DNA from: a virus
Taxonomy: Duplodnaviria; Caudoviricetes
Length of the DNA: 64,000 bases
Direction: 5' to 3' (one strand)
IMG/VR virus record: IMGVR_UViG_3300029305_005280
This document shows positions 38,574 through 47,960 of this stretch, piece by piece. Within the stretch, counting starts at the first letter, position 1. The number at the start of each line of letters is the position of its first letter. The notes under the pieces are model-generated. The model saw nothing but the letters and a program-made list of their open reading frames with translations, did no database searches and was not told the origin of the DNA. A program made the translations under genes and the position numbers.

Positions 38574-40514
38574 ATGTCATTTACAAAAGACACAAATACA
38601 ATTGCATTATTTGCGTCAACAGGTGACTTCCACGGACAAATCAAATTGTCTGCAACAAGGAATATTGTGAACAATACCTTTACTGTAAAAGTAGAAGGTG
38701 TTAGGGCATATTGTAAGTATGGGTGGAATTTTGCAACAAATGTTGAGGTTAGATTAGCAACTGATAGTTCCGGAAGTGGTGCGGTTTCCGACACAGGTAA
38801 GATTAGTTCATCAGGTAGCAATTCGTATAAAGGATGGTTGCCAAGTAGCGGGTATAGTGACACTGCAACATGTTCAAAAACATTCAGTGCGAATGCCGAT
38901 GGGACTTGTCCTGCAGTTTATCTATATGCAAGATTTTACAATAATAGTGTTTACTGGATAAATGCAGGAAAAAGCACAAAAGTTGAGACAACTTATCACG
39001 CTAATATTAGTAGTTCCGTGCAGTCTGATGCAGGCGGTCAGATTGATAGAAGCGGTCCCACCGTTTCAATAAGTAAAGGAACAGAAGCAGTAACATCAAT
39101 TAGTTTTACTGGCAGCTCTAATGCAAATTGTGACCAATGGCAGTATCAGCTTGATGGTGGAAGTTGGACCTCTTGTGATTGGAGTGAGGGTAAAGGAAGT
39201 TCAAAAACTTTAACTGTTACAGAAGGTTCACATAATGTCAGATTGTGGGCCAGAAGAACTTACAATCATGTTGGTGGTTATTCGGGTTACGTGTATTATG
39301 ACACCACAAGACCTACAATAAGTGATTTTACAATGACTCCAACAAGTAGCACAACCGCTACTGTTAAGTTTAAATGCAATAAAGACTGCAATTGGTATCT
39401 TGAAGGGCCTGACGGAACAATATTAACAAGTTGGTCTTCTGCAGTTAGTGCTAATACACAAGTTAGTAAATCAGTCACTGTTTCCAGCACAAATGGGACA
39501 TATACATTACACGTAAGGCGAACAAGCAACAGTTCGTTAACAAAGACAGCAACTACAACTTGTGATACAGTTTTACCAACAATAAACACATTTACAATGA
39601 CTCCTGTTAATGGAACGACTGCTAATATTAAGTTTAAATGTAATAAATCATTTAATTATTACATAAAGAAACCTGATGGCACAACAACTTCTTGGTCAGG
39701 TACATATGCAGCTAATACAGAGCATTCAGTTAATTTGACTGTCAGTTCAGTGAGCGGTACTTATACATTGTATGTCAGAAGAACATCAGCAAACTGCTTA
39801 ACTGCAAGTAAAACAGCGACTTGCGATACAAGATTACCTGTCATTGAAAGTTTTACTTTGACACCAATTAGTGCAACTCAAGCTAATGCTTATATCAAAG
39901 TATCATTAGCTTCAACGTGGTCAATAAATACTTCATCAGTAAATGACCCAACGGGTTCTGCAAATCTTACATATTCTGGCATTGTAACTCTTGATGAAAA
40001 CCAGAATAAGTCGTATACATTGACGGTTGCAAGAACAAGTTGTAGCGGATTAACTGCAACTAAAACTGTTGTTTGTGACACCACAAGACCTACAATAAAC
40101 ATCAAAGATGTTTCAACTCTTGCAAATACAGTCACTTTTACTGCAGAATCAAATGTGCCTTGCAAGAATTGGAAGTACATAATAAAATATAAAACAAATA
40201 GTGCTGATAAGACAGCAGTATTTAACAGTGGTAGCACCTCAAGCAAGACATTTACTATCAATGATGTAAGAATGAACGAAGAGTTTGAACTTCATGTTGA
40301 AGCTACAAAAGTTTCAAACGGAGCTCTTGGTACAACAAAGTATGCTGAAACAATAACTTGTTTGGGTATCGGGCATATTGTTAAAGATAATCAAAACAAG
40401 GAAAAACTTGTTACAGCTTATGTATATACGCAAGATAAGGGATGGGTATCTGCTGTCCCCTATATTTGCACAAGTATTAAAAATGGTAAACCACAATGGG
40501 ATTATGGTCGATAA
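38574..40514 (+). CDS. Ig/FN3-like repeat adhesin or virion decoration protein
   Basis: About five ~87-aa beta repeats beginning D-x-x-x-P-(T/V)-(I/V); Thr/Ser-rich. Confidence 0.65.
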   Translation: MSFTKDTNTIALFASTGDFHGQIKLSATRNIVNNTFTVKVEGVRAYCKYGWNFATNVEVRLATDSSGSGAVSDTGKISSSGSNSYKGWLPSSGYSDTATCSKTFSANADGTCPAVYLYARFYNNSVYWINAGKSTKVETTYHANISSSVQSDAGGQIDRSGPTVSISKGTEAVTSISFTGSSNANCDQWQYQLDGGSWTSCDWSEGKGSSKTLTVTEGSHNVRLWARRTYNHVGGYSGYVYYDTTRPTISDFTMTPTSSTTATVKFKCNKDCNWYLEGPDGTILTSWSSAVSANTQVSKSVTVSSTNGTYTLHVRRTSNSSLTKTATTTCDTVLPTINTFTMTPVNGTTANIKFKCNKSFNYYIKKPDGTTTSWSGTYAANTEHSVNLTVSSVSGTYTLYVRRTSANCLTASKTATCDTRLPVIESFTLTPISATQANAYIKVSLASTWSINTSSVNDPTGSANLTYSGIVTLDENQNKSYTLTVARTSCSGLTATKTVVCDTTRPTINIKDVSTLANTVTFTAESNVPCKNWKYIIKYKTNSADKTAVFNSGSTSSKTFTINDVRMNEEFELHVEATKVSNGALGTTKYAETITCLGIGHIVKDNQNKEKLVTAYVYTQDKGWVSAVPYICTSIKNGKPQWDYGR

Positions 40515-40523
40515 AGATAGAAG

Positions 40524-41138
40524 GTGAAATTGATGAATGATATAGTGTTGAAAGGAATACTAAAAGATATTGAACCTTCACACAATATTGATGGAATTAG
40601 CTTTGATAAAGCGAAGCTGATTGCAAAAAGAACCAATGGTGACGAAGATGTCATCAATCTAAGATTCAAATCTTTTAGTAACAGATATAAAGAAAATGAT
40701 GAAGTTACTTTACAAGGTAACATTCGTTCATATTCATATAAAGTATCAGAAGATAAGAATAAAGTTGTTATCTATGTGTTCACTTATTTTGATGAACCCG
40801 ATGAAATTGAAGAGGGTGTAACTAATAAAGTTACTATTGATGGCAGAATTTGCAAAATAAATGAGTTAAGAACAAACAAGAATAATAGACAAAATATTCA
40901 CTTCATTGTTGCAAATAATCTTATGTCAGGTGACGGCACAAAGAGACTTAACAGTTATATTCCTTGTATTGCTTGGAATAATCTTGCAAGAGAATTATCA
41001 AAGTTAACAGTTAATACAAAAATACAACTTAAGGGTGAATTGCACTCAAGAGAACATAAGAAAGTTCATGAAAATGGTGATGTTGAAATTCGTGTTGCTC
41101 ACGAACTTCTTGTACTTGGATATGAGGTGCTTGCATAA
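40524..41138 (+). CDS. ssb: Tandem OB-fold single-stranded DNA-binding protein
   Basis: Two SSB-like OB folds (NKVTIDGRICK, YIPCIAWNNLA, GELHSREH). Confidence 0.8.
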   Translation: MKLMNDIVLKGILKDIEPSHNIDGISFDKAKLIAKRTNGDEDVINLRFKSFSNRYKENDEVTLQGNIRSYSYKVSEDKNKVVIYVFTYFDEPDEIEEGVTNKVTIDGRICKINELRTNKNNRQNIHFIVANNLMSGDGTKRLNSYIPCIAWNNLARELSKLTVNTKIQLKGELHSREHKKVHENGDVEIRVAHELLVLGYEVLA

Positions 41139-41488
41139 TGCAGTTTGATTACTTGTATTCAATGCAAGCTACTGGTTCACTTGAAATTGAAGATGTAGGT
41201 AATTGTGCTATTATTGCTACTACTGGTCTTTTTCAAGAGTATATTCTTATTATAAAAACAGAAGGTGGAGATACTCAAATATTGCAGTACGGTCCACAAT
41301 GGGTTGAAGAGGATATGCCTATATTAAGTGAAGTTAGTTGCACATATAGCAGATTCCAATACAATCAACGAAAGATTGAGCGTTATATAGATACCTGGTT
41401 AAATAGTAAAACTATTGCACAACAGGCGATAGCGGTCACAATCGAGGAAGCAAAAGAACATTTGAAAGATATGAGGACTTTTGTATGA
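41138..41488 (+). CDS. Hypothetical protein
   Basis: Coupled ORF. Confidence 0.55.
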   Translation: MQFDYLYSMQATGSLEIEDVGNCAIIATTGLFQEYILIIKTEGGDTQILQYGPQWVEEDMPILSEVSCTYSRFQYNQRKIERYIDTWLNSKTIAQQAIAVTIEEAKEHLKDMRTFV

Positions 41489-41688
41489 TTGAGAGAGATA
41501 AAGTTAAAGATTATAGCGGAAGAATTATTGGATTTGTTGATTATGACACAACAAATGGTAATAAGATTGTCAGAGATTTCTATGGAAAAATTCTCGGCAA
41601 ATACAATAAAAGGTTGAACATTACAACAGACTTTTACGGGCGCACTGTTGCCAAGGGAGACCGTTGTTTAATGTTACTACATAAATAA
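41485..41688 (+). CDS. Small repeat protein (D-[YF]-x-G-[RK]-x-x-G x3)
   Basis: DYSGRIIG / DFYGKILG / DFYGRTVA. Confidence 0.55.
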   Translation: MIERDKVKDYSGRIIGFVDYDTTNGNKIVRDFYGKILGKYNKRLNITTDFYGRTVAKGDRCLMLLHK

Positions 41689-41690
41689 TA

Positions 41691-41722
41691 TAGTTGACTT
41701 TTCGTTTCTTATACATTATAAT
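41691..41722 (+). promoter_or_regulatory. Sigma-A-type phage promoter
   Basis: TAG-TTGACT-N17-TATAAT. Confidence 0.8.
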
Positions 41723-41755
41723 ATAAATGTAAAAAGGAAAGGAAGGTCAATTTTT

Positions 41756-42232
41756 ATGACACTAATTGAAAGAAGAAAAGCAAAATATCCTGAGACAGCT
41801 ACATTCCATTATCATAATGCTAACCCAAAGAATAAAATAACAACTGATTGTGTTATTAGGGCATTAAGTGTTGGAATGGAAAAATCCTACGAAGATGTTG
41901 TTATGGAAATGGCAAAGTTTCAATGCGAAACAGGATTCGACATGAGTAGCACAGAGGGGATTGATAGATACCTCAAGAAGAATGGTTGGACTCGTTGTAA
42001 ACAACCTAAAAAAGATGATGGTACGAAATACACAGGCAAAGAGTTCTGTATGACACTCTCACACCCAATCTATAGTGAGGAATTAAATCTGTGCAAAGAG
42101 CCTTTTAATTGGCATAGAGTTATTGCTGATTGTGGAGGACATCATATCGTAGCAATTGTAGAAGGGCAGATATGGGACACTTGGAATTCCACTGCAGGTT
42201 CGATAGGTATTGTATGGGTCAAGACTGATTGA
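41756..42232 (+). CDS. Conserved phage protein, possible papain-like fold
   Basis: NP...DCVIRAL...HIVAI...DTW (C/H/D). Confidence 0.45.
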   Translation: MTLIERRKAKYPETATFHYHNANPKNKITTDCVIRALSVGMEKSYEDVVMEMAKFQCETGFDMSSTEGIDRYLKKNGWTRCKQPKKDDGTKYTGKEFCMTLSHPIYSEELNLCKEPFNWHRVIADCGGHHIVAIVEGQIWDTWNSTAGSIGIVWVKTD

Positions 42233-42245
42233 CCCATACTTTTTT
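42212..42245 (+). terminator. Rho-independent terminator
   Basis: Stem gtatgggtcaa/ttgacccatac followed by T6. Confidence 0.75.
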
Positions 42246-42319
42246 AACATTTCATTGGTGTATTCATACCCCTAAATTGTATAACTTAATATAGAAATAT
42301 TTGATACTGGAGACATTAC

Positions 42320-44566
42320 ATGAAAGTTATAAAAAGAAATGGAGCAGAAGTTGAATTTGACTCTGCTAAGATTGAACGTGCGCTTGAGAAAGCAAATGAT
42401 TCAATTGATATTAAAAGTAAAAGAATCAGCAAAAAACTAATCAGATTGATTGCTGAAGAAATATCGGAAGCATACATTACTTCAAAACGAACACGTAATG
42501 TTGAATATATTCAAGACCAAATTGAAAATAAGTTAATTGATTACAATGCTTATGCGGTTGCAAAAGAATATATTACATATAGATATAAGAGAACATTAGG
42601 AAGAACATCTAGTACAACTAATGATAAAATCATGGCGTTACTAGATAATGATAACGAAGAACTAAAGCAGGAAAATAGCAATAAGAATCCTGTTATTGCA
42701 TCAACACAGAGAGATTATATGGCGGGAGAGATTAGTAAGGATATTACTACACGTATCTTATTGTCTGATGATATTGTTGATGCACATAATCAAGGTATCA
42801 TACATTTCCATGATGCTGATTATTTTGCTCAGCACATCTTTAATTGTTGCTTAGTTAACCTTGAGGATATGCTTCAGAATGGAACCGTTATAAGCGGTAC
42901 CTTGATTGAAAAGCCTCATTCTTTCTCAACTGCTTGTAATATTGCTACACAGATTATTGCTCAGATTGCAAGTAATCAGTATGGTGGGCAAACGATTAGT
43001 TTAGCACATCTTGCTCCTTTTGTTGAGATAAGTAGACAAAAGATTCGTAAACAAGTGGAAGCTGAACAGAAATTAGCATTTGAATCTTGTCATGCAGGTA
43101 CACTTACTGAGTTTTCAGACAAGATGAAAGATGCTATTGAGCGTATAACGGAGCAGAGAGTTGCAGAGGAAGTAAAAAGAGGAATTCAAACTATTCAATA
43201 CCAAGTTGTAACTCTTATGACAACTAATGGTCAAGCGCCTTTCTTGTCAGTTAATATGTATCTTAACGAAGCTAAGAATGAAGAAGAAAAGATTGACCTT
43301 GCTTTAGTTATTGAAGAATTCCTCAGACAAAGAATTGAAGGAGTTAAGAACGAGAAGGGTGTTTGGATTACTCCTGCATTCCCGAAACTCCTATATGTGT
43401 TAGAAGAGGACAATTGTAGAGAGGGAACTAAATATTGGTATTTAACACAACTAGCAGCAAAATGTACTGCTAAGAGAATGGTTCCTGACTATATTTCAGA
43501 AAAGAAAATGCTTGAATATAAGATAAATGCAGATGGTACAGGTTCTTGTTATCCTTGTATGGGTTGCCGTTCTTTCTTAACTCCTTGGAGGACAAAGGAA
43601 GATAAATCTAAATCAAAAATTCAAGCAGGTAACAAATTCTATGGAAGATTCAATCAGGGTGTTGTGACAATAAACCTTGTTGATGTGGGTCTGTCTGCTG
43701 AAAAAGATTTAGATAGATTTTGGAGTGAATTTGATGCAAGATTAGAGTTATGCCACAAAGCATTACAGTTGCGACATGAAAGACTTGCTAATACAACAAG
43801 TGATACATCACCTATACACTGGCAACACGGTGCTATTGCTCGTTTAGATAAAGGTGAAAGCATTCATGATTTGTTACATGATGGCTATTCAACTATATCA
43901 CTTGGTTATGCAGGTTTGTGGGAATGCGTTTATGCTCTTACTGGTAAGAAATTAACCGAAACTGAGGGTGAAACTTTAGGGCTAGAGATTATGCAGCACA
44001 TGAACGATAAGTGCAAAGAATGGAAGGAAGCAGAAAATATTGACTATTCTGTTTATGGCACACCTATTGAGTCTGTTACCTACAAGTTTGCAAAAGCGTG
44101 TCAGGAAAGATATGGTATTATTGATGGTGTAACTGATAAAAATTATATTACAAATAGCTACCATATTCATGTTACCGAGCCGATTGATGCTTTTGATAAA
44201 TTAGCAACAGAAGCAAGATTCCAAAAGTTATCTCCCGGTGGAGCAATTAGTTATATTGAAGTACCAAATCTACAAAATAACCTCGAAGCTGTATTGTCAG
44301 TAATCAAATTTATCTATGACAATATTATGTATGCTGAGCTAAACACCAAAAGTGATTACTGTCACGTTTGTGGTTATGATGGTGAGATTTTAATACAAGA
44401 GGATTCAAATGGTAAACTATTCTGGGAATGCCCCAACTGTGGTAACACTGACCAAGATAAAATGAATGTAGCCAGAAGAACCTGTGGATATATTGGAACT
44501 GAGTTTTGGAATCAAGGACGCACACAAGAAATCAAAGAACGAGTAGTGCATTTAGGTAATGAATAA
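42320..44566 (+). CDS. nrdD: Anaerobic (class III) ribonucleoside-triphosphate reductase with ATP cone
   Basis: VIKRNG ATP cone, HFHD, NCCLV, MGCRSFL, TNSYH, CxxC...CPNC and RRTCGY glycyl-radical loop. Confidence 0.97.
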   Translation: MKVIKRNGAEVEFDSAKIERALEKANDSIDIKSKRISKKLIRLIAEEISEAYITSKRTRNVEYIQDQIENKLIDYNAYAVAKEYITYRYKRTLGRTSSTTNDKIMALLDNDNEELKQENSNKNPVIASTQRDYMAGEISKDITTRILLSDDIVDAHNQGIIHFHDADYFAQHIFNCCLVNLEDMLQNGTVISGTLIEKPHSFSTACNIATQIIAQIASNQYGGQTISLAHLAPFVEISRQKIRKQVEAEQKLAFESCHAGTLTEFSDKMKDAIERITEQRVAEEVKRGIQTIQYQVVTLMTTNGQAPFLSVNMYLNEAKNEEEKIDLALVIEEFLRQRIEGVKNEKGVWITPAFPKLLYVLEEDNCREGTKYWYLTQLAAKCTAKRMVPDYISEKKMLEYKINADGTGSCYPCMGCRSFLTPWRTKEDKSKSKIQAGNKFYGRFNQGVVTINLVDVGLSAEKDLDRFWSEFDARLELCHKALQLRHERLANTTSDTSPIHWQHGAIARLDKGESIHDLLHDGYSTISLGYAGLWECVYALTGKKLTETEGETLGLEIMQHMNDKCKEWKEAENIDYSVYGTPIESVTYKFAKACQERYGIIDGVTDKNYITNSYHIHVTEPIDAFDKLATEARFQKLSPGGAISYIEVPNLQNNLEAVLSVIKFIYDNIMYAELNTKSDYCHVCGYDGEILIQEDSNGKLFWECPNCGNTDQDKMNVARRTCGYIGTEFWNQGRTQEIKERVVHLGNE

Positions 44567-45128
44567 TGGACGCATTTTAATATCAAGTATTTTAGCAGGA
44601 ATAATGATATCAGGTGCAACTATAAGTTATATAAATGCTCCCACATTGATTAGTGGAGCATTTATATTTTCTATAGGATTACTAACAATACTACAATTTA
44701 AGTTAAAGCTGTACACAGGAGTAGTTAGTTATGCAGCATCATTGAAAGACCTTATGTCTTTGGGTATTGTAGTATCAGGTAATATTATTGGTTGTTGTTT
44801 GATGTTTCTATTTCCGTCAGAAGTTGCTATTGATATTGTACAACAAAAGTTATTAACACCATATGTTGTATTGTTTGTTGAAGCCGTACTGTGCAATATA
44901 TTGATATATGTTGCAGTGGAATCTTATAAGAATAATCATATCATCGTTGTAGTATTTGCAGTTGCAGCTTTTATATTTGCGGGATTTGAACATTCGATTG
45001 CGAATATTTGTTTCTTCATATCAGCAAGAATGTTTACACTTAATGTCTTAATAAACATTATAGTTGTTATGTTAGGCAATGCTTTAGGTGGTATCTTATT
45101 TCATAGATTAAGGAAGTTAGTAAGATAA
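44559..45128 (+). CDS. Formate/nitrite transporter (FNT/FocA family)
   Basis: LAGIMIS, FSIGL...LYTG, GNIIG, LCNILI, GFEHSIAN and GNALGG. Confidence 0.85.
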   Translation: MNNGRILISSILAGIMISGATISYINAPTLISGAFIFSIGLLTILQFKLKLYTGVVSYAASLKDLMSLGIVVSGNIIGCCLMFLFPSEVAIDIVQQKLLTPYVVLFVEAVLCNILIYVAVESYKNNHIIVVVFAVAAFIFAGFEHSIANICFFISARMFTLNVLINIIVVMLGNALGGILFHRLRKLVR

Positions 45129-45638
45129 ATGAAAGTTGCAAAGATTGAAAAAAATTCAGTTTCTAATGGGCCTGGGGTTAGAGTTGTTGTTTGGTGTCAG
45201 GGGTGTTCAATACAATGCCCTGAATGTCATAACAAAGGTACTTGGGACCCTGAAGGTGGAGAATATATAACCCAGTTTGATGTTATAAGTATTTTTGAGG
45301 AACTTGAAAAACCTTGGGTTAGAGGCATCACATTCTCGGGTGGACACCCACTTGAAGATTACAATATTGAAGGTGTCATTGAATTAGCAAGTAATATCAA
45401 AGAAAAGTTTCCTGAAAAAGATATATGGTTGTACACAGGGTTGAAATTATGTTTCAATGATTTCAGTGATAATACTTCTTTAACAACTTGTTTACGATTG
45501 TGTGATGTTGTAGTTGATGGTCCATATATCAATGAATTAAGAAATATAAGTTTACCATATTGTGGCAGTTCCAATCAAAGAGTTATTGATGTAGAGAGAA
45601 CACTTGAAAATAAAGAAATAACATTATACAAAGAATAG
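45129..45638 (+). CDS. nrdG: Anaerobic RNR activating radical-SAM enzyme
   Basis: NGPGVR, CSIQCPEC, SGGHP, DGPY and GSSNQR. Confidence 0.95.
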   Translation: MKVAKIEKNSVSNGPGVRVVVWCQGCSIQCPECHNKGTWDPEGGEYITQFDVISIFEELEKPWVRGITFSGGHPLEDYNIEGVIELASNIKEKFPEKDIWLYTGLKLCFNDFSDNTSLTTCLRLCDVVVDGPYINELRNISLPYCGSSNQRVIDVERTLENKEITLYKE

Positions 45639-45663
45639 CATTTTACTGCTATTCTTTTTTTTT
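45630..45663 (+). terminator. Rho-independent terminator
   Basis: Stem aaagaatagca/tgctattcttt followed by a T-run. Confidence 0.75.
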
Positions 45664-45666
45664 GTT

Positions 45667-45698
45667 TAGTTGAAATATCTTTACTGTCAATATATAAT
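45667..45698 (+). promoter_or_regulatory. Sigma-A-type phage promoter
   Basis: TAG-TTGAAA-N17-TATAAT. Confidence 0.8.
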
Positions 45699-45730
45699 AA
45701 AGTTAGAAAATAAAAAAAGAGGTAATAAAT

Positions 45731-45973
45731 ATGCACACATATGTTGACCATCAAGGAATTTGGCGTTGTAGTTGTGGTACCATTCGTGATTTTGCTGAAA
45801 CTATTGTTGAACACGTTTGCCCTTTTATTGACAGTATTGTAACTTGTATCTTTAATGATAAGATGTTTACAGTGACTAAAACTGATACAGTAGAGATGAT
45901 AATCAATAGATGGAATGATGTAGATTATAACAATTACGAATATAGACTTGTTGAACGTTTAGTTGTAAAATGA
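45731..45973 (+). CDS. Hypothetical protein
   Basis: GAGG RBS downstream of a promoter. Confidence 0.55.
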   Translation: MHTYVDHQGIWRCSCGTIRDFAETIVEHVCPFIDSIVTCIFNDKMFTVTKTDTVEMIINRWNDVDYNNYEYRLVERLVVK

Positions 45974-45991
45974 GTATACTTACTATATAAT
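45960..45991 (+). promoter_or_regulatory. Sigma-A-type phage promoter
   Basis: TAG-TTGTAA-N17-TATAAT. Confidence 0.7.
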
Positions 45992-46027
45992 AAATATGTA
46001 GATTAAAAAAGGAAGGTTGATTACATA

Positions 46028-46201
46028 ATGACGTTGAAAAAGATTGGAAATCTAATTTCGTACATAATGGCATTTGCAAGTATTTTACTTCTTACGTGGA
46101 TGTTCTTTAGTTGGGTTGAAGTTGTTTCGCATAATCTTGAACCTGGCTATGTTTACAGTAATGCTAATTTCTTTACATGGATGCTGGAGGTAGTTAAATA
46201 A
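46028..46201 (+). CDS. Small membrane protein (57 aa, not in the ORF track)
   Basis: MTLKKIGNLISYIMAFASILLLTWMFFSWVEVV...; its stop overlaps the next ATG. Confidence 0.6.
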   Translation: MTLKKIGNLISYIMAFASILLLTWMFFSWVEVVSHNLEPGYVYSNANFFTWMLEVVK

Positions 46202-46740
46202 TGAAATTGATGATTGACATTCTAGAGGAAATGCTTCCTTTTGGATTAAAGATTGAACACTATAAAGAGCACAGTACAAAGTATACAATTACACTTGTAT
46301 ACAAAGCAAGTTATGGTACAATGGCAACTGTAGAACTACCTAAGATGGTAATTCCTGGCACTGAAAAAGAAATGTGCGGTTATGCTATTTGTACTGCAAT
46401 GTCAACTATTATGATTAATCAGAATAATCTTATTGAAGCAAAAGAATGGATGGATATGATTGTATCTGGTGAGTATAAGACCTTGGGTGTTAGGCCTATT
46501 GGTTGGTCTGTATGTAAGCTTCAACAAAGATATATAAATAGTCAACCCTGTTATCAGTATCAAACTTTATATGAGTTCATTGAAACATACGAGGAAGCTG
46601 ACCTTCTTGCACAGTATGAAATGAAGCGTAAATGTGGCAATGATTTGATATTTATATTCCCCGGTGCAAACAGGAACCTCAGTGATGAGGAAAGGGAACA
46701 AGTTAAAGAGCTTGCTAGAAAGTATAAGGTGGAAAAGTAA
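46201..46740 (+). CDS. Hypothetical protein
   Basis: GGAGG RBS. Confidence 0.6.
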   Translation: MKLMIDILEEMLPFGLKIEHYKEHSTKYTITLVYKASYGTMATVELPKMVIPGTEKEMCGYAICTAMSTIMINQNNLIEAKEWMDMIVSGEYKTLGVRPIGWSVCKLQQRYINSQPCYQYQTLYEFIETYEEADLLAQYEMKRKCGNDLIFIFPGANRNLSDEEREQVKELARKYKVEK

Positions 46741-47126
46741 TGAGTTATAAATACGGAAGAAGTAACTGGTCTGATAATTCAGGTTGTGGTGGGATTATTT
46801 TTGTGGCAGTGATTATTGTTATCATGTTTGTTTGTTCACTTGCTGCTGTTTTACATACAACTGAATACACAAATCTTACAGTAACTGATAAAAGTTACTC
46901 TGGTGAGTCTGATGGATATATTGTGTGGTTTGAAGATGCTAATGGTACTCAGTATGAATTTGAAAATTCGGATTCATTACTAAGGGGTAAATTCAATTCA
47001 GGAACAATTCAAGGTAAACTTAAAGAAGGTTGTACATACAATATTACAACCACAGGATGGAGAATTCCATTGTTTAGCGCATACCCAAATATTATTGAGT
47101 ATCAATTAGTCGAAGATAAAGAATAA
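46740..47126 (+). CDS. Membrane-anchored protein (DUF1523-like)
   Basis: N-terminal TM; 'VTDK...FENSDS...GKFNS...GWRIPLFSAYPNI'. Confidence 0.6.
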   Translation: MSYKYGRSNWSDNSGCGGIIFVAVIIVIMFVCSLAAVLHTTEYTNLTVTDKSYSGESDGYIVWFEDANGTQYEFENSDSLLRGKFNSGTIQGKLKEGCTYNITTTGWRIPLFSAYPNIIEYQLVEDKE

Positions 47127-47143
47127 TTGATACAGGAGGAAGG

Positions 47144-47797
47144 TTGTTATATATGTCAGGTATTTTTGGTATAGATGAAGTTTTTGAGTTACTTGGTAAA
47201 GATGCATTATCAATTGAAACTGTAAATAAGAAAAGTCGTGAAAGTATCGAAGTTGAAGGATTTAAAGTATATCGGCAATCTTTAAGATATGCCACTTTCT
47301 ATCAAAAAGGCACAACTTGTGTTTGTTGTGGACGACAGGGAGCTTATTTTAAGTTAGAAGAGGATACTGACGGCACTAGTCCTGAAAGAAGACATTTTAA
47401 TCTTTATTCTGAAGATGGAATGTTGATGACTAAAGACCATATTCGACCTCTTAAACTTAAAGGTGAAGACCATATTGATAATATGCAGACCCTTTGTGAA
47501 GAATGTAATAAAGCAAAGGGTAGTAAATATAGTTGTATGCTGGAAACTATTGTTGCTCGTAATACTGAAAATCCTGAAAATGAACATAATTTTCTTAAGT
47601 TAGAGGACGCAGTTGTTTACATTTGTGATAAGCGACATATATTAGGAAACAAATCAAAACCAGGTAAATTAGCACGTAAGGTAGTTAAGGTTACTCAAGA
47701 TATACTTAATGCAATAAACATGAAAGAACCCTACAATGGTTTTGAGTGGTTTATAGAAGATAGGTTATGGGAGGGCAAGTCCTACGGTGAACAGTAG
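47144..47797 (+). CDS. HNH endonuclease-domain protein
   Basis: CVCC...TKDHIRP...G...NMQTLCEECNKAKG. Confidence 0.8.
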   Translation: MLYMSGIFGIDEVFELLGKDALSIETVNKKSRESIEVEGFKVYRQSLRYATFYQKGTTCVCCGRQGAYFKLEEDTDGTSPERRHFNLYSEDGMLMTKDHIRPLKLKGEDHIDNMQTLCEECNKAKGSKYSCMLETIVARNTENPENEHNFLKLEDAVVYICDKRHILGNKSKPGKLARKVVKVTQDILNAINMKEPYNGFEWFIEDRLWEGKSYGEQ

Positions 47798-47960
47798 AGA
47801 ATTGAAAGATTTAAAGTATCTTGCATACAAGGAATCAAAGAATTATAATCTTGCTCCCAGTGTGCAGATTGAAGCAATGAAAGCTTATGCACTTCTTTGT
47901 ATTGCAGAGAAGTTGGACATAGAAAAAGAAAATAAAGAGGTGAAAGAAACTGATTATTGA
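47787..47960 (+). CDS. Small hypothetical protein (57 aa, GTG start, not in the ORF track)
   Basis: GGAGG RBS; the ORF fills the gap between the HNH and RNA ligase genes. Confidence 0.45.
   Translation: MNSRELKDLKYLAYKESKNYNLAPSVQIEAMKAYALLCIAEKLDIEKENKEVKETDY

Noticed and set aside
38574-40514. Diversity-generating retroelement target
   Set aside because: No reverse transcriptase and no TR/VR pair differing at adenines is present; the repeats are ordinary domain duplications.
11474-44566. Inteins or introns in polA, recA or nrdD
   Set aside because: The ORFs are continuous and of normal length, with no intein or homing-endonuclease motifs.
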